A stretch of 64,000 nucleotides of DNA from Chrysomallon squamiferum (taxonomy: Eukaryota > Animalia > Mollusca), in the NCBI GenBank assembly GCA_012295275.1, contig CM022666.1, positions 6,510,001-6,574,000 of the forward strand. The letters run 5' to 3'. A program made the position numbers and the translations under genes. Each line of letters begins with the position of its first letter. The stretch's first letter is position 1. Below are positions 26,461 through 39,465 of the stretch, piece after piece. Under the pieces are notes generated by a model. The model saw nothing but the letters and a program-made list of their open reading frames with translations, made no database searches and was not told the origin of the DNA.

Positions 26461-29375
26461 TCTTAATCTTTTTAATGCTTTCTTTGATTGATATTTGTCA
26501 CACTGATATCAAAATTTAATCTTAACAATAATGCTTAATCTTCACTTTGTAATTATATTTCCACTTGTACTTTATTTCATGAAAAAACAAATGCCTTATT
26601 ATTCTTGATATATAAAAACCCAATATTAAAATCAGACATAAAACATAACATCCTACATGTTAACAATAATAATGATCTTCTTTTCCAACAACAGATATCA
26701 TTTAAAACATATAAACTGTGCTTTGCAGAATTGCGAAATATTAATTTTACTTTCAGATAGTGAATATTATTCACATACAGCTTAATGAAAAGTTAATAAC
26801 ATTTTCAGATAATTATCATATTTTAAAATAAAAATCTTAAATATTGTTTATCAGCTGTTTAATGAATATATATATATTTTCAGATAATTATCATATTTTT
26901 AAAATACAGATTTAAATATTATTTATCTACTATTTAATGAATATTTATATTTTATGATAACTATCATATATTTTTTTAAAATACAAATCTTAAATTATAT
27001 TTTATCTGTTATTTAATGAATATTTATATTTCCAGATAATTATCACATTATCATATAATAATCCAAAACATTTATTTACCTGCTTCTTAATACTTTGTTA
27101 CAATTATTGTAATATTTTGTATTTATAGTATATCAGATGGCTCCATGTTCCTGGAAACCAGATAACAGCCTAGAAAACCACCTTCCTTCAGATACAGTTG
27201 TCTTAGATAATAGCGAATTTCTGTCACAGTTTGTTGGTAGTGAAGAGTTGAATGAAGAAGCATTAAGAGCTGAAAGGTATTTACGTTTTAAATCAATTTC
27301 CTTTAAGTGTATTATTATGATATTTTAGAAAACCACCTTCCTTCAGATATGGTTGTCTTAGATAAGAGTAAATTTCTGTCACAGTTTGTTGGTAGTAAAG
27401 CATTGGATGAAGAAGCTTTGAGAGCTGAAAGATATTTTACGTTTTAAATCAGTTTAGTTTGAGTGTATAATTGTGATATTTTGTTTGTTAAATTGTCATT
27501 GGCACCCGTTTTAATAATGTTTTAATAAAAATTAAAATAATATTTAAGTATTTTATACTTGCATTTTGTTAAATTATTTATTTATTTATTTTTATTTTTT
27601 TTTTGCTCTCTCTCTCTGTCTCTCTCTCTCTCATTTCTTTATTTATTTACAGAAGTGGAATGTCCAGAGGTGATATGCTAAAAGTTGAAAAGGAACAAGA
27701 TGACACTACCAGAAGTAAAATGTCAAGAAGTGAAGTGTATGAAGACGAGATTGCAAGACCTACATCATCCCAGTCTGACATGTATGGAGATGATCCACCT
27801 AAAAATGAAATATCAAGAAATGGGACACCCAGAAATGAAATATCATCACGTGGGACACCCACCAGAAATGAAATATCAAGAAATGGGACATCGAGAAGTG
27901 AAATATCAAGAAATGAGACACTCAGAAATGAAATATCGAGAAATAGTACACCCACAAATGAAATATCGAGAAATAGTACACCCACAAATGAAATGTTTAG
28001 AAGTGGGACACCCAGAAACGAAACATCAAGAAATAGTACATCCAGAAATGGAATGTCAAGGAATGCCACACCCAGAAATGAAACGTCCATAAATAAAACC
28101 CCAAGAAACAACAGGTCCAAGACTGAAATCACAAGACGTGAAATTCCAAGAAATGAACGGTCAAAAACTGAAATACCGAGTGACGAAAATTCTGAATCTG
28201 AATTCTACTACGTTTCTAGAAATGAAGAGACAAGAAGCATCGCACCCAGAAATGTGACTCCAAAGTGGCCATCTCCTCCTCCTGTTCCAAGACAGGACTC
28301 AGCCCATTTCAAAAGGCCAATTAGTCAAACAGAGCAAGTGAGATATGATACACCAGACACAGAAAGAACTCCGAGAGGAAAAACTCCCCGACAAAACAAC
28401 AATGGCCGACCTGTAAGTAAGCAGGGTAGCAGACCCAGTTCCAGATTTGCTGGTGATGGCAGAACCTCGAGAGCTATAGGTATTGTATTTATTTTCTGTT
28501 GATTTGTTTTATTATTATTATTATTATTATTTTTTTTTTTTACTTAAGTAGTGATATACGTTTATCATAGATTAAGTTTATTTTATACATGATATATTAA
28601 AAATAATAATAATAATAATAATAAAATTAAAAACAAAAACAAAAACGTAAGTCGGTCGAAAAAAACGTATCTGTTAATGACAGTGATCATTAGTTAATTA
28701 GTGAAATGAGAAACTTCAGTCTTGAGATTTTTCTCGTACAGTTTGTTTCAGTATCAGTTTTAGTAGTAGTAGTAGTAGTAGTAATAGTAGTATTATAGTG
28801 GAACCTCGGGTTACGAACGCCTCGAAGCACGAACAAATAAGATCACGATCCGTAATCTTGGGCAATTTTTGTCTAGGTTTACGCATAATGTTCCGAGTTA
28901 CGAACTACAGCGACGCGCCACGGCAATCTTTCTTTTGACGTCGGTTTTGACGTCATCATCTAGTAAAGATAAGAATAAATAGTTGCGTCAAAACGGAGTT
29001 CAAAGTAAGCATGCCCTATAGCAAATATATATCATAAATTATGGCCTTTAGTCTTCGATACGCAGTTGCAGCTCAATGGCTTTTGCACTGAGATCGTGCG
29101 CTTGCATTTTTTAAAGTTTGCTGCTTTTATGTGTATATTTTTTTATTATACCCTATCCAATATGGCGCCCAAGAAAACAAAAAGCCAAAGCGATAATGCT
29201 GGTGGAAAGTATAAACGTATCACAGAAGAGGTTAAAAAAGAAATCATTGCAAAACATGAGAGTGGCGTTCGTGTGTTTGATATCGCTTCACTTTATTTAC
29301 AATTCGGTTTACGAACCGAGTTCTGGAATGAATTAAGTTTCGTAACCGGAAGTTCCACAGTATATTATTATTGCT

Positions 29376-29407
<32 letters not shown>

Positions 29408-31878
29408 ATTATTATTATTATTATTAAGTTTTAACAAATAACATTTATTTTCAGAATCCAAAATGATATGAATAAATTTTTTTATTTTTTTTTTCTAAAT
29501 ATATCTTACAAATACTTTAATGGGTTTGATACTGCAGCAGCAGCAACAGCAACAACAACAACAACAACATCATTACAATAATAATAATTGTAATACTGTT
29601 AATATTATTATTATAATTATCATTATTATTATTGGTCGGCTTAAATGTTTAATGAAAAATTAATCATTATAAGTTATAATATAGCTCAATGAATTGTAAT
29701 TTTTTAAATTATTATCTCTAATTAGTTAATCATACATTTTATTTATAGTCGTTGATGGTGAAGATATGAGTAAATATGATGATGTTTATTGTAATGAAAT
29801 TCAAGAGAAGGAAGATAACGAAACTTTAGAGAAACTTGAATGGGAATTGGCTTCTGAGTCAGGTCGTTTGACAGGTGAGAGAACACACACACCATTCAGA
29901 ATTGTTTCTTTTAATTGTTGTGTGAGTGTTGTTGTTGTATGAACAGGCTTCTGAGTCTTGTTGTTGTTGTTGTATGAACAGGCTTCTGAGTCATATGTTG
30001 CTTACTTATGTCATTTACTCGGTAATCTTCCAAATTGTTTTAATTACTTCTGTTGTAAGTGTTAGTATTGTGGTGAATATTGTTGCTGTTGCTGCTGTTG
30101 TTGTTGTTTTTGTTTTTATATTATTGCTGTTGTAAGTTGTCAGTATGACAACTTGTGTTATATACTCAGTAATCTTGTGTTAATATTGTGGTGAATGTTA
30201 TTGTTGTTGCTGTTGCTGCTGTTGTTTTTGTTGTTATATCATTACTGTTGTTACTTGACAAATGAGAACTTATGTTATATACTCAGTAATCTTGTTGTTG
30301 TGTTAATGTTATGACTTTTGTTGTTGCTGTTCTGTTCATGTTGCTGTTGTTGTTGTTTTTGTTGTTGTAGGATCTAGTTTCCAAGACTGGATGCTTGACA
30401 AATGAGAATTTATGTTATATACTCTGTAACCTTCCATATTATTTGTTTTAATTATTGTTGTTGTTGTGTTAGTATTGTGGCATATATTGTTTATATGGAT
30501 GTTGTTGTTCTTTTGTTGCTGTTGTAGTAGTTTGTTGTTTTATGCTAGCTTTGGTAAATAGTAAAGTACAATGTTAATATGAAAAGCCAGCCAATAAGCC
30601 ATTATTTTTCTTTGCTCATGTGCTTATGTCAAATAGAAATATTGACATCAATTTGTATTACCTACATAGAATACTGTATTTTGTTTGCATTTCTGTTATT
30701 TTTGTTTTATATTTATTTATTCTTTCATTCATTCATTCATCCATTTATTTTATTTTATTTTATTTTATTTTATTTTTTTATTATTATTATTTTTTTATTT
30801 TTTTATTGTTAATTTTCACATCTAAATTATTGTTAAATTGCTGGGTTGTTGTCGTTTGTTTATTTGTTGTTTTTCTTCATTATTTTAACATTATTATTTA
30901 AATGTTTTAGCTGATGGCCAGATCTCAAGAATAAGTCTGAATGATGATGTTTTCTCTCTGTCTGGTAGTTCACAAGGAAGTACACCCACTGGACAATTCA
31001 AAACTGATCAGAGTTTTGACCTGAACTCCAAATTAAGGTATAAACCTAATCAAAAACCTGTATTATTAAGAATTGTTCTTAAATTATTCAAAATTTGGAT
31101 TAGATGAGGATTTTGGTGGGTTTTTTTTAATTGAATATAATTTTTGAATACCTAAAATAAAAGACAAAAATCCTCACGAGATTCTTATTGTATTGTCATA
31201 CTTAATTATTGGCAAAGGTTGACCATCAAAATAAAGCTATAATTTTTATTCGTGCTATTTTTGCTTACCAAAGTCACACTTTAAAGCAATGGTTTCAGAT
31301 CTTACGATAGCTTACATAAATATTAATTATTGCATAATTTTTGAATAACAAACAATATCTGTCTCAATACACCCTCACAAACTTCTTATTGTATTGTCAT
31401 ACTTAATTATTGGCAAAGGTTGACCATCAAAATAAAGCTATAATTTTTATTCGTGCTATTTTTGCTTACCAAAGTCACACTTTAAAGCAATGGTTTCAGA
31501 TCTTACGATAGCTTACATAAATATTAATTATTGCATAATTTTTGAATAACAAACAATATCTGTCTCAATACACCCTCACAAACTTCTTATTGTATTGTCA
31601 TACTTAATTATTGGCAAAGGTTGATCATCTAAATAAAGCTATAATTTTTATTCGTGCTATTTTTGCTTACCAACAACACACTTTAAAGCAATGGTTTCAG
31701 ATCTTACGATAGCTTACATAAATATTAATTATTGCATGAATCTATTACTTTATAATTTGTCATATATATACATATTTTTTTTTTTTTTTTTAATTTCAGG
31801 ATGGATGAATTAAGTGATGACACAGATGAAAATGACAACAAAGTTGTTGACACTGAAGATGTGAAAGCTCTCCACTAA
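18459..31878 (+). CDS. ZBBX: Zinc finger B-box domain-containing protein, 5'-partial, 18 visible coding exons
   Basis: Exons 18459-18572, 19010-19097, 19435-19477, 20090-20214, 21088-21183, 21622-21671, 22029-22092, 22389-22587, 23134-23331, 23837-23961, 24576-24667, 25093-25500, 26016-26215, 27129-27276, 27653-28479, 29749-29874, 30911-31037, 31800-31878, all GT-AG with compatible phases. N-terminal coiled coil [23 protein letters not shown]-box [37 protein letters not shown] and motif [19 protein letters not shown] match my recollection of vertebrate ZBBX. Confidence 0.88.
26795..27050. repeat. Degenerate AT-rich tandem repeat of about 75 bp
   Basis: Recurrent tttcagataattatcatattttaaaata...aatgaatat. 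Confidence 0.65.
27171..27481 (+). repeat. 155-bp tandem duplication of a ZBBX exon 3' part and its donor region
   Basis: tagaaaaccaccttccttcagata starts at 27171 and 27326. Confidence 0.9.
27804..28190 (+). repeat. Coding 30-nt (10-aa) tandem repeat in a ZBBX exon
   Basis: [10 protein letters not shown]-like unit, about 10 good copies plus a degenerate tail. Confidence 0.9.
28796..29360 (+). mobile_element. Internally deleted Tigger/pogo-type DNA transposon in a ZBBX intron
   Basis: Imperfect TIRs TAGTGGAACCTCGGGTTACGAA / TTCGTAACCGGAAGTTCCACAG flanked by TA on both sides; encodes the transposase N-terminal HTH MAPKK...[25 protein letters not shown]. Confidence 0.85.
31182..31737. repeat. 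201-bp tandem repeat, about 2.8 copies, in the last ZBBX intron
   Basis: ttcttattgtattgtcatacttaattattggcaaagg begins at 31182, 31383 and 31584. Confidence 0.95.
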
Positions 31879-32009
31879 CATTTTCATTAAAACCGTCATT
31901 TTTAATATCTTTTTTCTAAATAATTTTCATATATTTATTTGACTTTTCTTTTATAAATTAAGCAGAATTAAAATAACTATTTTATTTATTATTATTATTA
32001 TTTTTGTTG

Positions 32010-32062
<53 letters not shown>

Positions 32063-32321
32063 TTTTTAATTTTTTTGTATAAAATATGGGGATATTTGAA
32101 AAGTTCACATTAAATAAAAAATAAATAATAATAATAATAACCAAAATCTATAATAATATATGAATTAACAAATATTATTATTTAAATTATTTTTATTTAT
32201 TTATTGTTTATTAATGAATATATTTTTGATTAATTTACTTAAGGGTATTTAATAATAAAATAAAACCTTGATAAACAACAGATTTACAAAAAGAAAAAAA
32301 AAAAGATTTATAGATAACATA

Positions 32322-32353
<32 letters not shown>

Positions 32354-32629
32354 CATGATATCTGAATATTTTAATTAACTTATCAATCCTGAACAATGGA
32401 GACAGATTTGATTTAAAAAAAAATTAATTTTTTTTTTTTTTGTTGTTGACTGCCTTGTCACTGTACTGTCAGTAACATTTAAATTGTTATAATGTGATCA
32501 TTTGTGCTATACATGTCAAGTGGCTTAGTTTTCATGTGTGCTTCCTTCAATTTTTTTTCTTTTTTCTTATATAATGGTATGTTAGTCTCTTTGCTTTTAT
32601 TGCAATTGTTACTTGTATGTGTGTGTATG

Positions 32630-32661
<32 letters not shown>

Positions 32662-32868
32662 AGTATCAACATGTTTAAAGAAACATACACAATTAAATAT
32701 ATTTACAGCAAATTACCAGACTGATAGAATGGTAAAATATAATAAGAAGAAAATTTAAAAAAAGAAATAAGAGCTAGGATGAGAAGGCCAAACTTGTCTT
32801 ACAAATGAATGAATATCTGCCAAATAATTTTTTTTTTTTACTTTTCTCATTTGAAAAGAATTAAAAAA

Positions 32869-32902
<34 letters not shown>

Positions 32903-33521
32903 GTAATAGAAATAATAATAATTAAAAAATAAAGCTGTTTTATCACCGTGTACTGTGTCTTATAATTGTTGTAGAAATTGATGTTGTAAACTTCTGTGAT
33001 TTATTTTGTAAATTCTAAGTTGTTATTTGTGTGATGTTTTATGTTAGTTTGTAGAAAAATGATCTAAACACTGTGATTTCATCATATCAGTCTTTACTTA
33101 GTATCTCAAGAAAATCTTGAATTGTGGCTCATAGGTAACTCATTATTTAGAACATTTGTTAAAATGAACAAATTTTAAGCTAAATTTGGATTTTTTTTTT
33201 TTCTGTACTGTTAGTGTATATATTGCATATCTGTGATCAGTGGTTGTCACTTTATAAGTTGTATTTATTACAAGTAAAATTATATATGTCATTGGTCTAC
33301 TTTGTTTGTTTTTATTATTTTAAAATCTCCATCTGTTATATTACCATGTACATATCACATACTTATATAGACAGAGCCATCATTACCACATAGGCAAACT
33401 AGACAGCCACCTAGGGTACTGATTTCAGGGAGCTGATTTTAAAATATTGGAGGCACAATTCTGCTGCGAATGAATATTTTATCTTTCGAAATCACCTTAT
33501 GGTTTTTAATATTCTTTTTAG

Positions 33522-33682
33522 AAACTGAATGAAAATTATGGCAAGATACAGGAAAAGTGGTAAGTTGACTCAAACACGCACACACACACACACACCCACG
33601 TGTGTATATGTGGGTGTGTGTGTATTTCAGAACAAAAACTTCAGCAGATCACAGGTAGCTGAATTTAGATAATAAAAACTCA
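33522..33682 (+). pseudogene. Inverted TNF exon-2/exon-3 relics beside the truncated exon-4 fragment
   Basis: ttctttttag|aaactgaatgaaaa...gaaaagtg|gtaagtt and tatttcag|aacaaaaacttcagcagatcacaggt. Confidence 0.7.
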
Positions 33683-33804
33683 GTATGGGTATGTCAGGGC
33701 ATAAAATGTTAGTTTGATATATACACGTCCATGATTACTCCCTTTTAGTCAGAGTACAGAACATTATATATTAACAGTTATAATTGAGGCCTCTCGTAAC
33801 AGTT

Positions 33805-33900
33805 TTACAGCATATACAGGCCAAAGTAGGTGGTTTGAGGATCTCTCAAAATTCTGTTCACAACTGATGTTCTCACCACTACAGTGTCATTGGCTTTCAC
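33805..33900 (-). pseudogene. Truncated TNF exon-4 3' fragment
   Basis: Translates VKANDTVVVRTSVVNRILRDPQTTYFGLYML-stop, followed by the usual 3' flank; upstream it breaks into A/AAT-rich sequence. Confidence 0.85.
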
Positions 33901-33950
33901 AAACAAACAATCACAAAACAAAAAAAAAATAAACAAAAAATAAATAAATA

Positions 33951-33985
<35 letters not shown>

Positions 33986-34347
33986 TGCTGCCATTAAAGT
34001 CTATAAACGTGGAAAATTAATATTTATTACTTCTTGGAAAAATCTTCCAGGTGAAATGACAAACAAGCCAACAACATAGTGTTAATATGTTGTTATTCAA
34101 AATATTTGCAACTATCCAAAGAATCTTATTAGATCATCTAAAACAAAATTTAAATAATAAATATATGTAAGTATCTGGGTCTGTGTGTGTAAAAAATGAG
34201 ATAAAATGAACATTAACTAAATTAATTGACGAAAATATCTATTTATATGGACCAAAATAAATAAATAAATTAATAAATAGCAAAAACGACAATAGTAATA
34301 ATAATAAAAAATAAAAAAATAAAGTAATAAACAATAACAACAACAAG

Positions 34348-34379
<32 letters not shown>

Positions 34380-34639
34380 CAACAACAGTAGTATTGTAAC
34401 AATTTTAAGTGTTAGGCCTCTATCTAGGTCTCTCATATTCAACAATAAGAGAACAGACGAGATAATAATACACAATTTTATTTAATTTAACAATTTTTTC
34501 TATTTACAAAATACAATGTGTGTGTTAAAATCAGAAACAAACAAACAAACCCAGACATTAATTTTATAAAATCTAAAGGAATAGCCACACTCGTAAACCT
34601 TTTGGAAGTATAAGAAAAAATGGCTTAGATCATTTTCAC

Positions 34640-34675
34640 AAAACATAAAAAGACCAAAGTAGGTTGTCTGATTAA
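34640..34675 (-). pseudogene. Tiny TNF C-terminal relic
   Basis: agaccaaagtaggttgtctg matches the end of exon 4 and reads QTTYFGLFMF. Confidence 0.55.
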
Positions 34676-35117
34676 AAAACAAGTATCTAAAATTTATAAC
34701 AATTAACACTGAACATTTTATATAATAATTTTATATATATATATACCACTATTAAACACTGTAGAAATTTCACTGTCACATGATTACCGCAATAGAGAAA
34801 AGAGACGACCAAAAAAAAAAATATATATATATATATAACCTTTTAAAATCTATTTAAATTTTTTTTATCAAAAACAAAATTATAACAAACTATTTAGTGA
34901 AACTCCTGGTTTAAAGCTATGATGGAAATTTAAAGAATTTAAAGAACCAGGAATACGCTAAGATCAGCTGGATTTAGGGGCGTGGACACTATAAGTTAGT
35001 CAGTTAAGATATTTTGTTATTTTCTTATTGGTGGCAAGTAACAGAAAATTGTCTGTTACATGTTCTTATTCATGCCTCCCGTAACATTTCCTTATTCAAG
35101 ATGTTCGTGTCTCAGTT

Positions 35118-36969
35118 TTACAGCATATACAGACCAAAGTAGGTTGTCTCAGGATCTCTCAAAATTCTGTTCACAACTGATGTTCTCACCACTACAGTGT
35201 CATTGGCTTTCAGGTAGTAAACAGCTCCAATGTAGGAAGCAGCAAAACGTTCCTTGGAACCTCGTACTTTGCATGTTGTTTGAGGATTTCTGTAGAGGAC
35301 TTCGTAATTTGGATATTTTTCAATTGAGTGACACAGCCTCGCGTATTCTAGCTCTCTGACTTGGTTGGCATGGAATAAAACGTTGCTGTATATGAAGTAG
35401 GGAGCAGTTTCTTTGACTTGAATCCCGTCAGCGACAACAGCCACAGCTCCTTTCACAAACGATCTTTTACCAGACGACGTCCATTTGATCAAAGGCTTTG
35501 GGTTGTCTAAAAGTTTGTAAGAATAATTTATTTTTAAATAATATTTTATTTTATATTGTCAACAGTTGTAGTTAGTATTAGTAATCTATTTCTATTACTA
35601 CTACATGATCCTTATATTAACTACTACCATCACTGGTGTTTTAACTCCTAACAGTTTCTGTCACAATTTCTACAATTATTTCCTAACTACTACTATTATC
35701 TAAGTTATTACTACTACTACTATCAACAGACCAACATTTTTTAGTAACTACTACTATTACTTCAATTTTACTACTACTACATTTAACTGAGTACAACTAC
35801 TCTACTACTACTACTACGAGTACTACTACCATTCTACTGCTACTACTACTACTACAACTCTACTACTATTACTCTACCACTACTACTACTCTACTACTAC
35901 TATTACTAGTTCTCTACTACTACTACTTCTACTACTACTATTTGTTTTCTTACTTTTGTCATATGTTGCATTCACTTCCATTTGTAGATGAGCCGATGTC
36001 TTCATATTGTTTTTATTATTCAGACGAGCAGCAATCTCTCTGATCTTCTGAAGTTCTTGTTCTGAACATATACAAATACACACTCTTATACACATTGTTT
36101 TTATTATCTAAATTCAGATAATTGCGACCTCTCTGATCTACACACACGCGGTCCACACACATACACACTCACATCACTTATATATGTGTACATACATAGA
36201 CTCGCACATACATACACACATAAATACAAATACATATTTATAAAAACGTTTGTGGGTATTCGAGTATGTGTGGCTGAGTCAGTTTGTGTCTGTATCTTTT
36301 TTCGGTGTGTGTCTCTGTGTTTCTGCTACTTTGTATTTTTACGTATGTCTGAGTGTGTATGTGTCTGTGTTAACTTACCACTTTTCTCAGCTTTTGTGTG
36401 ACTTTCACTCAGTTTCTAAAAAGAATGTTAATAACCAATTTAAAACTCTTCCATAATAATTTTTTATATTTATAAATATATTTTTGCGCAATGAATTTCT
36501 CCTTTTCATAATTATTAAACATATGTGAATCTTTTTTCTTTTTTTAATTTCATTTATAATTAACATAACTTTTTAATCTTTCTATGCAGAATTTATCTAT
36601 TTCTTAATTTCGTACCGACAAAACTTTTATTTTAAATTATTATTATTTCTTTTTATTTTCTAATTTATTTATTTATGGAATTTTTTTAGAATTTATAACA
36701 GAATTTACCTTTTTCATAATTTCACTGATCACTTTTTCTCCATCTCTGTAACAGCAATACGTGGTATTGTTCCTGGTTCTGTTCATAGATTTGTCATCAC
36801 AACAGTTTTCTCCTGGTTTGCACGAGATTTTCACACAGAGTTCCTTCTCAAACAACACTTTGGTTTCTCTATTCAGAAATTCTTTTAATGTTACAGATAC
36901 AATGACACTGATGAGAATGAAGTTTAGCACCATAAGAGAAATGGCAATGACTGGAAGAACTGACTTCAT
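35118..36969 (-). CDS. TNF-superfamily ligand copy C, 264 aa, 4 exons
   Basis: Exons 36969-36709, 36415-36379, 36061-35954, 35506-35118; GT-AG, open frame, same exon lengths and THD motifs as copy B. Confidence 0.92.
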
Positions 36970-37078
36970 TTTCCTTCTTTTCTTTGTGCTATTCCACTGT
37001 ATTGCGTATAGTGTCTTTTATACTCTTACGTTGAATCGTCACTGACATGCGCACATGTTATCAAAATTCAGATTGGTT

Positions 37079-37329
37079 TGGCCTTCCTCCAAAATACAAT
37101 AGCTATCTGGCTCTTCTTCAAAATACAATAGCTATCTGGCTCTTCTTCAAAACACAATAGCTGTCTGGCTCTTCTCCAAAACACAATAGGTGTTTGGCTC
37201 TTCTCCAAAACACAATAGGTATTTGGCTCTTCTCCAAAACATAATAACTGTCTGGCTCTTCTCCAAAACACAATAGGTGTTTGGCTTTTCTCCAAAACAT
37301 AATAGCTGTCTGGCTTTACCTCTTCAAAA
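37079..37329. repeat. 29-bp minisatellite, 8 full units plus a partial, about 110 bp upstream of the copy C ATG
   Basis: Unit tggctcttctccaaaacacaatag(ctgtc|gtgtt); starts at 37079, 37108, 37137 and so on. Confidence 0.95.
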
Positions 37330-38453
37330 TCATTTTACACACACTATTACGTAAATTTAGTTAATCTTAACAGTTAATTGTTGCATGAACCAAATGGAAA
37401 TAAAACAACAAAATATAAATAAACTAACAAGCAAAACAATGGAAATAAGTCACATACTATTAGCGCACACACACACACACAAACACACATGCACGAAGAA
37501 ACAACATATATACATTTATACATGTGTTGATACACAGACTGGTACACACGTAACAACTGATTAGGTATTTTATTTTATTTTTTATTCAATCACTCTTCAA
37601 TAAATAAATGATCGAATATTTAATCCAGAACATCTACATTATCTAATTTCAAATGTCCTAATACACTCCAGCTATGCACTACAGTATATATCTACACAAG
37701 CTCCAAGGACGCGCACTGTCATAAAAATTGGATTATTCCCTGACAGAGAAAAACTACTTATTTTTATTTATTTGTTTATATTTAAAATCGTGTCAGTTGT
37801 TCAGGGTGCTCATGTGGACTAGAGATAACAGTGACAGAAGCAGGATGTGAAATAAGATATCGGGGAAACCACGTTACGTACACATTTCAGTCATTGTAGT
37901 TCGAGACTCAGAGTGAATACGTGGGCCGAGTATTTTGTATCAGCTGCATGGCTTAGATAAACAGCTATTTATAAACACTGCCCGGGTAGAAACTACTTTT
38001 AAAGATAACGAGTGCACTGGGGATTTTTGTAAGTTGTTCAGTGAGCTACCGTTGTTACTATCTGTTGTTTGTTTGTTGTTGTTGTTTTTTGTTTGTTTTG
38101 CAGATAGTAAACCAAACCGTCATGGACGTCTGGATGACCATTAAAACGTAATCATGATATAAGTGTGTGTGGTTGTGCAGGAATGTAGGTGTATCTGTTG
38201 TATAAGTATGTCATATATACATGGTTATATAACAGCAATATTTAATTTTTCCTAACCACTACTAATAAATAAGTGATTATCATTCCTTCTACTACTATCA
38301 ACAGACCAAGCTTGTAAGTAAGCACTACTATTACTTCAATTTTACTACTATCAAATCACCTCTTTAACTGAGTACAACTAGTCTACTACTACTATAACTC
38401 TGCTACTATTACTAGAAATCTACTACTACTACTACTACTATTTGTTTTCTCAC

Positions 38454-39465
38454 TTGTCAAATGTTGCATTCATTTCCATTTGTAGATGAGCCGATGTCTT
38501 CACTTTGTTTTTATTATTCAGATTATAAGCGACCTCTCTGAAGTTTAAGTTTCTGTTCTGAAATATACACACATACATACATACAGAGAGATAGATTGAC
38601 ACATGTATAAATACACTGACTCGTATACACATTGTTTTTGTTATCTAAATTCAGAAAATCAGCGACACCTCTGATCTTCATACACATAAGCACACACACA
38701 CACATACACACACATATATATATACATGTACATATACAGACTCGCACATACATACACATAAATACAAATACATAGTGAATATGTGCGACTTGTTGTTTCT
38801 GTTTGTATCTGTGTATTTTTTCTGTGTGTGTATGTTTATGACTTTTCTTGAATGTGTCTGTGTTAACTTATCACTTCTCTCTGCTTTTGTATGACTTTCA
38901 TTCAGTTTCTAAAAACGATGTTAATAATCACTTTGAAACTCGTCCATAATAATCAATTTTAAATTTATAAATATATTTCAGCACTATTAATTTCTCCTTT
39001 TCATAATTCTAATATTATTAAACCTATATGAATCTTTATTCTTTTTTCAATTTCATTTATAATTAACTTAACTTTTTTATCGATTTATACAGAATTTACC
39101 GATTTCTTAATTTCGTACCTATACAAATTTTATTTTATTTTATTTCATTTTTATTTTTATTTTTTTGTATTTAATGTATTTATGGACATTTTTTAGAATT
39201 TACTTTTTTCATAATTTCACTGATCATTTTTTTCTCCATCACTGTAACAGCAATACGTGGTATGGTTAATGGTTCTCTTCGTAGATTTGTGATCACAACA
39301 GTTTTCTCCTGGTTTTGCACGAGATTTTCACACACAGTTCACTGTCAAACAACAAGTTGATTTGTCTGTTTAGATATTCGTTTAATGTTACAGATACAAT
39401 GAAACTGATGAGTACAAGTTTAGTACCATAAGAGAAATGGCAATGACTGGAAGAACTGACTTCAT
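38454..39465 (-). pseudogene. TNF ligand pseudogene D (exons 1-3, no exon 4)
   Basis: ATG at 39465 gives MKSVLPVIAISLMVLN, then a 1-nt deletion and early TAA; exon-2 donor mutated GT>AT near 38871; exon 3 frameshifted; intron 3 runs into the upstream module of copy C with no THD exon. Confidence 0.85.

Noticed and set aside
27647-28132. Hydrophobic 161-aa minus-strand ORF and 135-aa alternative-frame ORF
   Set aside because: By-products of the 30-nt coding repeat in the ZBBX exon.
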